From Dudresnaya verticillata (taxonomy: Eukaryota), in contig OZ374564.1 in NCBI GenBank assembly GCA_977862235.1, positions 2,715,245-2,735,244 on the forward strand: 20,000 nt of DNA. The letters are read 5' to 3'. The translations under genes and the position numbers were made by a program. The notes under the pieces are model-generated. The model was given only the letters and a program-made list of their open reading frames with translations, made no database searches and was not told the DNA's origin. This document shows, in pieces, positions 1 through 10,200 of this stretch. The first letter of the stretch is position 1. Each line of letters begins with the position of its first letter.

Positions 1-513
1 ACCGCGATCTGGCTCACAGCGCGTGCGGATGGGAGTTCACATAGCGGGCTGCAGGGAACAGCGAAGGAGGCACGAATTTTGTTCAGCGGGCTCGGCGCGG
101 ACGAGCTAATGGGCGGGTACAAGGGCCGACACCGGACGATATACCGGACGGAGGGCGTGAACGGTGTGCTGCGAGAGATGGACGCTGATTTGAGCAGACC
201 GTGGTTTCGGAACCTAGGTAGGGACGACCGGCTTGTCGCAGACCATGGCAAGGAGGTCCGTCATCCGTTTCTGGATGAGGACCTCATCGAGTTTGTAACT
301 GGCCTCCCTTTGGAGCGGCACGTTTGTGACCTCTCAAGACCAGATGGAATTGGCGATAAGCACCTGCTCAGGCGCGCCGCAATAGTTCTTGGTTTGTCGG
401 CTGAGACGGCAAGCGGTTCGAAGCGAGTGGGTCACGGAGCAAGCAGGTCATTGAGCGCAAAGGTTCTTGTTGAACATTTGGAGGCAGTTTTTGGCTTAAG
501 CCAAAGTCTCTAA
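1..513 (+). pseudogene. ASNSD1: C-terminal part of an asparagine synthetase domain-containing protein (ASNSD1/YML096W-like), apparently truncated; runs in from the window edge
   Basis: Frame +1 is open from base 1: TAIWLTARADG...ARILFSGLGADELMGGY..RHR...RNLGRDDRLVADHGKEVRHPFLDE...GDKHLLR.AA..LGL...KR, which are characteristic ASNSD1 motifs. The expected KRAIQFGS motif stops at KR (~426) and unrelated sequence follows. A GT right after KR could instead be a splice donor. Confidence 0.8.
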
Positions 514-649
514 AGTGCGCCAATGAGTCCCATTGCCCGTCAACCGACGAAGACTACGAAACAGGCGGCTCAACACGCATTAACGCGAACTTGTCCGCCA
601 CCCGGCTGGCTCACATCCGCATAGAGTGCTTGTCATAGCCTAGACACTA

Positions 650-1950
650 GTACCCCAGACTCGCAGCAAGTGAGAGGAAGCATTGACGAATTCGATTGCG
701 GCGAACGTTGCGCGTGGTACCGTTGAAGGTTGCTATTCGATCCAAATACTCGTCAGATTGGGCTTCACTGCCCAACCGCACAACATATCGCGCCATTAAG
801 CTGGTATTGAAAAAACCGTATTGATCAAGCTGTAAATGTTGGAAAGGAGCTGTCACAGACGCTGATGGAGTGTAAGAACACATTGAGAGTTACGCTGCTT
901 CCACTGTCGACAATCGATACTACAGCTCAGGGAAAAATTCGCTCTCTGGATACAATCACTCTGAAGGAAAGGTCAGCGACGTTAAGTTCGCTAGAGCAGG
1001 CCGCGCTGGACATCGAACAGATCCTCCAACTCAACATCTTGAAAATGTTTCCGATATTGAAGAGGCAATATCAACGCTTTTACAAAGCAGTAGATTCCAG
1101 AGCACTTGTGTTCCGCGACACAGTGCGCAGCCTGCTTCCCCAGGTGAGGGACGGAAACACAGATCAGGCCGAAGTCATGCGCGATCTTGAAAAACCCATC
1201 TGCGTTGCAAAACACCAGGCAGAAGTAGCTCAGGACTTTATTGAGGCGAAGCAACAGGACTGCCGAGTTCTCGATGTGACTACTGCGAATCTCTTCAAGC
1301 ATGGCTTCGAAGACTACCGCGATTCAGTAGATAATCTTGCTTCCGTCGTATCAGAGAATAGCAAACCGCGTCTATTGCTTTCTTTCGCTGGGATTAAGGC
1401 GACACACAGATTTGAGAATCAACTCCCCCCGTGCTTCTCATGCTTCTGGAGAGAGCATATCGAGCTCTGAGACGTCGCCTGAAGGGGACCACTCGGCCAG
1501 TGACATTGATGACGAAGATGAGGAGTGGTTTGAGGACAAGGCGAGTTTGGAGTATTTGGGAAGATCCTGTGAGGTTTTGCGAAAGCTGAGGCATAACAAT
1601 CGTCTAGCTGAGTTCGAGGCCTTATATGGAGTGACGACTGCTGGTCGAGCATTCCGCGCTGACGGCCGTAAAATGAAGAGGACTCGTATCGGAGATATTG
1701 TCCTAGAGGCAAACGGACGACGACAAATTGTCACTCCTGTTATGGTTGGACCTCCGAATCTTTCATGCACCGTTAACAAGCAGACTGTCAAAGTCGCATG
1801 GCATCCTACTGATAGCGAAGTTCTTCCTGCAACGGCGTTTCTAATCTCCTATCAACCTACACGGAATGCCGCTCTCGACGAATTTGATCAAGCCGTCGCA
1901 GCCAATGAGCCAGTCGAGTACTTGGTGCAGCCTGATGGGGACAGCGTCCT
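650..1950 (+). pseudogene. Frameshifted stonustoxin/verrucotoxin-like (SNTX MACPF end, helical FAT, thioredoxin-like) gene fragment followed by a partial fibronectin type III domain
   Basis: Frame +1 from 811: IDQAVNVGKELSQTL...LRVTLLPLSTID...MFPILKRQYQRF...LLPQVRDG...LLLSFAGI. Frame +2 from about 1440: EWFEDK...GDIVLEANG, then FN3-like GPPNLSCTVNKQTVKVAWHP...AFLISYQP. Motif order and spacing match the SNTX family as recalled. Frameshifts near 810-820 and 1415-1450. Confidence 0.6.
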
Positions 1951-1959
1951 TGCTTCTGC

Positions 1960-2383
1960 GTCACAGATGCTGTGCATCTGGAAGGCGTCTTTGACAACGC
2001 ACGCCACTTTGTTGATCACGCGCTGGGAGCATCAGAAGATCCTGCAACATGCCAGTGCAGACCGGTTTGGCGTGCAGTAGCGTGATGTCCTGAATGTGTC
2101 GAAAGAGCTCGTCAGTTGTGTATCCAAAAGCATGTCTCCGTGTGTGTAATGTGACGTGGTCGACCCGGAACTGGCGCTGTCGACCAAGGAGAGCAAGTCG
2201 GCTGCGCTGCTGTTTTACTTGGGTGTTGTGCTGCGCCCGACCAGCGACGCTAGCCAGAAATTGACCGAACGGGATTTGGTTCGTGTGTCGTCCATCTTCG
2301 CGGTGGAGATGGGAATGGTAGCCGTGCTAATGAAACCCACCGAGGCAATTGAACGAATGAGGGTTGATGACGCAGAACGCTAG
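1960..2383 (+). pseudogene. Degenerate helical (HEAT/TOG, possibly CLASP/Stu1-like) gene fragment
   Basis: Frame +2 read through two stops: KILQHASADRFGVQ*RDVLNVSKELVS...CV*CDVVDPELALSTKESKSAALLFYLGVVLRP. Weak by-eye resemblance to the CLASP segment QLLKKMGADLLGSVQ...IVDQTQTPNLKVKVAILKYI. Confidence 0.3.
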
Positions 2384-2400
2384 CTGGGGGGCGTCGAGCG

Positions 2401-2736
2401 CAGAAGCACGCGGCTCGCCATCGCGGCAAGGTCAAGTCTTTTCCGAGGGATGACCCCAAGAATCCGTGCCACCTCACCGCCTTCATGGTCTACAAGGCCG
2501 GTACGACCCAAATCGTCCGCGATGTTAACAGGCCAGGTTCCAAGCTGCACAAGAAGGATGTTGTCGAGGCCGTGACTGTCACTGAAACTCCACCAGTCGT
2601 GGCCATCGGCGTTGTGGGGCTCACTGAAACCCCATACGAACTGCGCTCGATGACGACCGTTTGAGCCGAGCATCTCTCTGAGGAGGTCAAACGTCGTTTC
2701 TACAAGAGCTGGTATCGCAGCAAGAAGAAGACATTT
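2401..2736 (+). pseudogene. RPL3: 60S ribosomal protein L3 (uL3) N-terminal fragment with an internal stop; missing from the ORF track
   Basis: Frame +1: [114 protein letters not shown] at 2662-2664 sits at a probable Trp codon. The start and the C-terminal two thirds are missing. Confidence 0.95.
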
Positions 2737-3076
2737 CTGCATCTTGCTTTTCTACTTTCGCTGTGAATATTTTGGCAATATTCCTGGGAAGGCGCTGCCA
2801 TGCCGTCAGCGACTCCGCAGCAGGCCCAAACGGAGTGTTAGTTCGGAGCCGGGCTTCCTCTGGCCGAACAACGCGATCGAATATGGGTGTACCAGTATCC
2901 TGCAGTCGATATCCTCATCATGCTTAGAAGGAAGGCCCAGACTCTGTCTAGGATTGCACTTGGGAGGCCGCGGTCATTTGACTTCTTCCCACGGATCGTC
3001 GGGAAGCGAGGCCCGGATTGTCCTGGACAGTTGGCATGCCCGGGCTCCACTCTGCATCGGACTGGCGACCGATAGC

Positions 3077-3445
3077 TTCTGCATGCGTATCAGAATGCTT
3101 GCAGCTTGCGGATCGAATCCGTGCTCATCCGCAGTTGCGCTCTTCAACGACCTGTCAGACCGCCTCTGTTCGGTCTTGGATGCCGCAGAGCTGTGTCGCA
3201 ATGTCCACCCGAACCTGGGGTTTGTCCGGGACGCAGATGACACATTTCTGCAAGTCTCTTCAGTTCTGCAGGAGCTCAACGCGGACTAAACCCTGTATGA
3301 TCCCCTAGATCGACTGTATGACGATCACCTACGCCATCTTCGCAACGCCGCCGATCGTGCGAGATTCGTATCTGATGAGGACGTGTTTATGGCGAGATTT
3401 CTCAAGCACGAGTTTGAACGTGGCGGTATAGCTCTTGGGCGTCGT
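3077..3445 (+). pseudogene. MIPEP: Mitochondrial intermediate peptidase (M3A, Oct1/MIPEP) N-terminal fragment with an internal stop
   Basis: Frame +2: FNDLSDRLCSVLDAAELCRNVHPNLGFVRDADDTFLQVSSVLQELNAD*TLYDPL...DEDVFMARFLKHEFERGGIAL. This matches the MIP motifs D.LSD.lC.V.D.AElcR..HP, LNT...LY and dFERGGIhL. TAA at 3287-3289; no HEXXH catalytic region. Confidence 0.85.
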
Positions 3446-3456
3446 GACCCGCGACC

Positions 3457-3696
3457 TGGCACGTTTACTCAATGGAGTGGACTCCGCACAGAATTGCCTT
3501 CTTTCATGACGGTAGGCAGATTGCCGATGCATATGACAAACCGCGCAACCCCACGAAACGCAACTGGCCATTTGATGGGGAAACCCCTTTCTACCTCATT
3601 ATCAACAACGCCATACACCCGAGCTGGGGAACTGAGCCTCAAAACCTTGAATCGCATGTACTGGAAGTTGATTATATTCATTTCAGAGAGTATCCG
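3457..3696 (+). pseudogene. Glycoside hydrolase family 16 C-terminal fragment
   Basis: Frame +1: WHVYSMEWTPHRIAFFHDG...NWPFDGETPFYLIINNAI..SWG..P......LEVDYIHF, typical GH16 C-terminal motifs (H.Y..EW.P..I.F..DG, WPFD..FYLI.N.A, m.VDYVr). The catalytic ExDxxE part is absent. Confidence 0.85.
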
Positions 3697-5757
3697 ATGC
3701 AGCAATGGTGCGCTCTCCTGCTTGTGTACCTGCCACGGCACTGGTTTGGTCCAGTCTGTCAGTTTGGTCTATCTGTGTCCAGTACTGCACTGTAGTACGC
3801 AAGACCGGCCGACTGCCGTCACAAGAGAAAAGTGTGCCCTTATTCAAACCATTGAACCACATCGGACGTTTTACTGTTTCAGTCCACTACCCTCTCACGG
3901 TCAGCAAGGGCTGAGCAGACCGGCAAATAAGATGGTGAAGGGCGCCGAGCGAACAAACGAAGCGCGAAACTTGTCGAAGAAGAAGCAGCTCTGCAGCAGC
4001 TACAAGAAGTGCGGCGCACTGTAGTAAGAAAAGAGCGTACGTCTGTTCTGGGAACAGAAGTCCAACACGAGATATCGAGACATTGGGATATGGTTGTCAC
4101 ACACGAACGAGTTGTAAATGGCACTCTATTACACAGCACTGTCGTCGAGCACTACTTGCACATGGTATGCGCAGTGTTGAGTGCGTGAGAGCGACGAGAA
4201 CGCTACTTGTATATGCATGAGGATAAAAGATGTCGGAGGCGAGGCTATATCGACAACAATGCACTGACGCTAACATGGAGTACTAATCTAAGCGGACTGC
4301 ATGGTGGAGATGGAGATTGCAGAGCAGACGTGGTGGCTTAGTGGATGAGGAAGCGGCAGAAAGCCAACTCGAGAACGACTTAGTTCTGGCTGCTTCATGC
4401 AAGCAGCTTAGGATGCGCTGGAACATGCTGTTCCGAACTATCTACAAACTTCATCGAACAATCTTGGCATCACCAGCGGTGACGATTCGATACACAGCAT
4501 GGGGGCTCGGGACCAGGTAGCAGATGAGGTGCTTTGGATGACGGAGCTAGAAGGGCTCGTGAATGGCTGGTGCCGCAACTATAGGAGTCGGTTCGGATTA
4601 TAGCGTGTGCTCCAGGGCTTGGAGGAGCTTGTTCCACTCTTTTGTTTCTAGCATGATGCTCAGGCGCCGGTTGGAGTACAATGCAGTGGTGCTGCAGCTA
4701 TTTGAGCCGTCTTGGAACCTCTATTCGCCCCTGAAGCACCACAAGCCCGGAGTCAAGAGCATCAATAGGAGGGCACTGTGCAATAGAAAGGTGGTATCGC
4801 GGACTGCCTGGGGCTTTCACAGTCTCTCTGTGGCTGCGTCGGTTCCCCCGTGTCGACTCGAACTGACAAACAGTATCGCAGCCAGAATACAATGGTAGTC
4901 AGCTCTGACCCCGTAATAACGGGCTATTCTGGCAGTTGTTCTCGCAAAGGATGGAAAGGGAGGCTTGCTACGTTCCTTCTATCCGCACAGTAGTAGCAGA
5001 AACTTGCTTGAAAGGTGACTCTGCGTATGTGCGGCCTGCGATGTGAGGATCTGTGATGATCTTGTCGTCAGTCTGCAGTTCTGACAAAACCAGCAATGGC
5101 TGCTCGTGTAACATATCCGCCACAACTACGCAAAATTGGCCATTGATCAATCGTGCATAAGTTCCTCTTCATTCATGGTTGCAGCACGTCCAATGTTAAT
5201 TGAAAAGCCGTGCGAGTGAGCTTCTGGAAGACACGACTGTGCGGTACGATTGCAAAACCTGATATCAACGGTAACACGTTTACAAGTGTGTTCACGCTGC
5301 TCAAAAACGAAACTCGTCGAGCTGCGACTCAGCGAACATTCGGACGCCTTAGGACTTAGCCTTGTTTCAACTCTTAGCGAATACAACATATTATATTGCC
5401 AGAGCCACGGCATCCTAGAGGGACAAGTCTAGAGGTACCCCTAAAAGGCTGCAACTAGAGTTCGAAGCATTTAGATGGTGCTGAGGGGCATAGCTGAAAA
5501 GCCGCAGTCGCTCTTGTTGAGAACTCGATGGGGAGTCTCCGTTTACTCGTAGGTATTTCTGATATGGCGTGCGGTACTGGGAACTGTTATCTACCGTGCT
5601 GTATTTATCTTGACAGCCAATGTGTCTCACTCACGCTCACGCATCGACTTTTGTGTCTGCACATGTCAACCAATTTTGAGGTTGCATGTTACGTTGGCGT
5701 TGCAACCCGACTGAGCAGTTCCGCCCCCCATTGGTTGCGCCCTGGGTGATCATGACC

Positions 5758-6023
5758 GGCGTTGGGGTGTGTGTGTGTCCGTGTGTGTGTGGGTGTTGTA
5801 ACGGGCGTTGCCGTTTTTTGCGGCGGAAGCGGGCGTTGCGGTATGTGTGTGTGTGCGCGGTAGTGTGTGGGTGTTGCGCAAGAAGCGGGGGGTGAGGGAT
5901 ATGTGCGTGCCGGTGTGTGTGGGTTTTGCGGAAGAAGCGGGCGGTGAGGTGTATGTTCGTGCGGGTGTGTGTGGGTGTTGCTGCGGAAGCGGGCGTTGCG
6001 GTGTGTTTGTGTGTGTGCGTGTT
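5758..6023. repeat. Degenerate TG-rich tandem repeat, ~52-56 bp unit
   Basis: GAAGCGGG anchors at 5826, 5882, 5934 and 5986, interleaved with (GT)n runs and GTGTGTGGGT(G/T)TTG motifs. Confidence 0.75.
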
Positions 6024-6758
6024 TGAGGCGCGATGGCCTGTTGGCGGTTTGTATCGGTGGGGGCGTGGCAGGCTGGAGCAGCGGCACGCATGCCTGCCGT
6101 TTTGTGGGAGCCGGGGTCAATGGGCGCGCGAAGATAGTAACGGAACGCTCAACCGGTCATCAAAAGTAGCCAAGGGCGGCGAGGAGTGCGGCGCACAAAT
6201 ACAAAATAATGAAAAGCAGCCACGGAGGGGAGCCCACGTGTCTTGCAGAGGCGAGCTTTGAAAATCCAGATCACCGACGACACTCGACGCCGGTTTGGGG
6301 CGGAACATAAGAGCGCCGAGCGTGCACTGTCCACCCCCCCAAGCGCCGACTCTTTTCCCAACCACTGCGCCGCGACTTCGCCCACCCCAACGCCCCGCGC
6401 TCATCTCAACTCGCCCACTCTCGCAGCGCCGCGCTCCCTCCTCCCCGACCCGACACCGCAAATGCCGGCGCCCTGCAACGCGAAAGTCTGCTCTGCACGC
6501 CCTTCCCGCCCATCTCGCGCACTGCCACAACTTTCGCACGCTACACCCCGCCTTGCTTCCGCCGCGCGCAAAACGCCTGTGCAGTCCGCCCGCGCACACT
6601 CCGAGGCGAAAGCGCATCACTGCGGCGCAAGCGCATCACCGTTACGTGCGGGGGCGCAAGTTATCGTTGCCGACAGGGCCGCCGCGACGCGACTACTTTC
6701 CCGTACCGCGTGCGAACAGCGCGAAAACGACACCCTCCATCCTACCGTTCGCCACAGC

Positions 6759-6814
6759 GAATCCGGATCCGATCCGGATCCGATCCGGATTCAGAACCGG
6801 ATTTAGAACCGGAT
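6759..6814. repeat. Short CCGGAT repeats with 11-12 bp period leading into the left array
   Basis: CCGGAT starts at 6763, 6774, 6785, 6797 and 6809; the first three sit inside ATCCGGAT palindromes. Confidence 0.9.
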
Positions 6815-7224
6815 AGCACCGTAATATTACGGTGCTCTCCGACGCGAGGCCCTAACCGCCGCAACCGAATCCGCGAACGGCTCACCGCCGTGCGCGTCAA
6901 GAACCGGATAGCACCGTAATCCTACGGCGCCATCTGGCGAGCGGTTCACCGCCGCGCGCGTCAAGAACCGGATAGCACCGTAATCCTACGGCGCCATCCG
7001 GCGAGCGGTTCACCGCCGCGCGTGTCAAGAACCGGACAGCACCGTAATCCTACGGCGCCATCCGGCGAACGGCTCACCGCCGCGCCCATCAAGAACCGGA
7101 TAGCACCGTAATCTTACGGAGCCATCCGGCACAAGCCACTAACCGCCGCAGCGGTATCCGCGAACGCCTCATCGCCGCGCGCGTCAAGAACCGGATAGCG
7201 TCGTAGTCTTACGGTGCTCTCCGG
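6809..7224. repeat. Left palindromic-site array: 6 copies of a 34-bp imperfect palindrome
   Basis: Cores start at 6809, 6904, 6968, 7032, 7096 and 7191 (spacing 95-64-64-64-95). Consensus is CCGGATAGCACCGTAATCCTACGGCGCCATCCGG, with GC-rich linkers such as CGAGCGGTTCACCGCCGCGCGCGTCAAGAA. Confidence 0.95.
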
Positions 7225-7241
7225 CTCCAGTCTCGACAAGG

Positions 7242-10200
7242 ATGGCCAATAGTCCGAGGAGAGGGCGAGGAGGGAAGAATCGAGGGAAGCTGCCATCTGT
7301 CCGTGGTAGGCGGCCACGAGGAGTAACCGCCGTGCCTCCTGCAGCCGACCCAAATGATACTCCTCCGGCAGGCGAAGCTGACCCAACTGTTACTCCTCCG
7401 GCAGGGGACCCAACTGTTGACAGCAGCTCTAAAGCAAGGTCGAAGGCGACACCACCGAAGGAGGTTTCTGAGGGGGTAGCAGGTGACGCCCCCCCATCTG
7501 TACGGAAGCCTTCTTCAAATTTGAAGAAAGCATCCGAAACCGCGATTGGCCCACGACTACGGAGCGAGACAACTGCAACGGCCCCTCCGCAGTCTTGCAG
7601 CCAGGATGATTCATCTCTGACGCCTGCAGTAGCGGGTAAGAGCACAGGGACGCCCAAGAAGAATTCTGGGGAGCCGGGAACGAAGGCGTCCTCGGGTGGA
7701 GGGGCCGAGAAACGAGGTGGTGATCCCACATCGAAACCTCCCCAAAAAGCGGGTAAGGTCAAGACCGCACTCCCAAGAAACGTGGGAAAAGGCGATGAAG
7801 GCAGAAGTCCGCCTGTATCGCGCAAACCAGTACCGCGCAAACCAGCAACCCGCGATTTTGTGGAGAAGGGGTCGTCAGAAGTCGGCAAATCCGATGGAGC
7901 TGTGCACCCCTCACCGCCGCCGAAAGGGACCCCAAGGGCTCCGCCCGGGCCGCCAGAAGCGGCTCCGAGTGCGCCGCCAAAAGCGGCCCCGAGTGCGGCC
8001 CCGAGTGCGCCGCCAAAAGCCGTCCCGAGTGCCCCAGCTGCTGCTACAGCTGCGAAATCCTCTCAATCAGGTCAAGGGGTGCGACCGGCATCGGGCGAAG
8101 AGTCACCAGCGATTGCAAAAGCTGCGGGGAAACATCCAAAGCCCGCCGCCCCAACCCAACCAACGCGGCGGAATAGGGCATCCGATGGAAACCTCCCTAG
8201 CACGGGAAGTGCAACTACCGGTAAGACGAGAAACAGCCGAGCCCCTTCTGGACTGCGCAGTCAAGCTGCGCACAGTGACGCAGGCAAAATGCCGGTATCA
8301 AGTAAGGGTCCTCCAACCAGTGCTGGCGAACCAGTGTACTACAACGGGAAATTTACCGAATCGGTCACCGGCGTTGGAGAGGCTTCTGCGACGGGCACCA
8401 CAATGTCGATGAAGTCTAAAATGCCCCAGCCTGCAATCGTTCTCGAGTATTGGGACAGTTGGAGGATGGTGAACCGGCCTGGTTCAGATCTTACACAGTT
8501 ATTCAAGCAGCCAATTGGACATGCTCTATACCCGAATAATGGAGATGGGCAGAAGTGGCCCGTCGCAATACCACTGTCAAACATTCGGATAGCAACGGCG
8601 AACAATATTCGTGAAGTGCAAGAATCGTTTCTAAGTGGCGGGGATGGAGAGGCAAGGTGGCATGAGGGTTTAGGCGCTGCAACCCTGATGACGACCGCAG
8701 CTGCGCTTGGAATTCAAGTCCCTGACGAGTATCTTGAGAGGATACAAATTGCTGAGAAGTCCGCTCCAGGGAACCCGGCTACAGGACCAATTCACCTCTA
8801 TCGTTACAAGAAGAGGTACCGGCCCCCCCTTCCAGACGCTTGGAAGCTTCCGCCATTTGGCGATGCATATGTCCCGCCCGATGCCCGCATTGGAATCGAG
8901 GATGGTAACGTGAGACTGTCCGCTGCCGCGATCACGGGCGTTGAAAAAGTTCGAGCGCACGTTTCTGTTTTTGTTATCCCTCAACAGCAGCTTGAGGGGA
9001 TGACCGGTGATCCGTGTGATATCGCTGCTGCTGGGAACTGGCTGGAAGGGATGATGACCACAGTTGCAAACAGGCTTAACGAGGCAACTGCCAGTATTGG
9101 TACGACCACTCCTGTTCAGATGGCCCTGTCGTGTGCCCGACTGCGTACAGGTACCGCCCGGCAGCTCCCGTCTCGTGTATGGATGCCACAGTCGGATAGG
9201 ATCGGTTCGAAGAACAAGACCCTAAGCGAGGTCAGGGCAAAACTCAGGGAGGCTCTCGACGATATAATCGTCATCTCTGATGAAGAAGATTGTGCAGAAC
9301 ACTCCGATGAAGACAAGCAGGCCAGTCAAGAGAGAAACGACACAGAAGGAGCTGATACGGCCCCGGTGGGCCCGGAAGCGGCCGCCGTAAATTTACCAGG
9401 CACTCGGTCCCATGGCGCCTCTACCCTCGTCCTGCCTATTCCAGGCGAGGATGAAGCTATGTCATACATAGGTACCATCCGAGAAGCTTCGAAGCAAAGG
9501 AACAGCGAGGCACCTCCCCCTGCCCGTACTGAAGCTGGTTGCCAGGATCCCGCGGGCATCAAACCGCGGGAAAAGAAGAACTATGAGATAGCCCCTTGGT
9601 CTGGCGTGATCCTGTCGACAAACACACCGGGATATGAGGAGAGTCAGCCGCGGGTACCGAATGCAAGCGAGTATCTGGCCGGGGCTTTTGTAGCAGGTGA
9701 ACGCCACGGTATAGTTGCGCGTTCTGTGATTGGAGATTTGAAACCCGCAGAGAAGCGCAAGAGGAATGAAATGCGGAAGAAGCGGTCGGGTGAGAATGGT
9801 CTTTCCGCGGAACAGTCTGAGGCTATGAAACGCCTTCGAGTTCAGACGCATGGCGAGGAAGGAAGCCGAGCAGTCCCTGTGGAGGACCTAGAAGAACATC
9901 AGAAAGCCGCTGTGGAAGAGGCGAAGGAAAAGAAGACCAGTGACAGACAGTCGTTCTTGGAGATGGCCAAGGAGAACTCTGATTTCTTGTTCGTGTGCGG
10001 CGGTGTTGAGATAGTCGAGAACAAGATTCAGCATCGCTGTATGGCGTGTTGGCTAGACTATCAGTTGATTCGGCATGATAAGGCATGCACGTGGGCCCTG
10101 GAAGTGCTGGATGCACGTGATTCTCCGGTGGAGCTTGGTGGTGTCAAGCGGCCTTTCGTGCTTCCGTACGAGGGCGGGAGGTACCGTTGGATGAAGACGG

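Noticed and set aside
3383..4024. 213-aa ORF as a real gene (likewise 2744-3289)
   Set aside because: Chimeric read-through: only part matches MIP, and the rest overlaps the GH16 fragment out of frame or unassigned sequence.
5414..5460. Helitron 3' end (clustered CTAG)
   Set aside because: No convincing GC-rich hairpin 10-15 bp upstream of any CTAG.
5686..6816. Multiple overlapping ORFs of 66-187 aa
   Set aside because: They arise from stop-poor TG-repeat and GC-rich low-complexity sequence.
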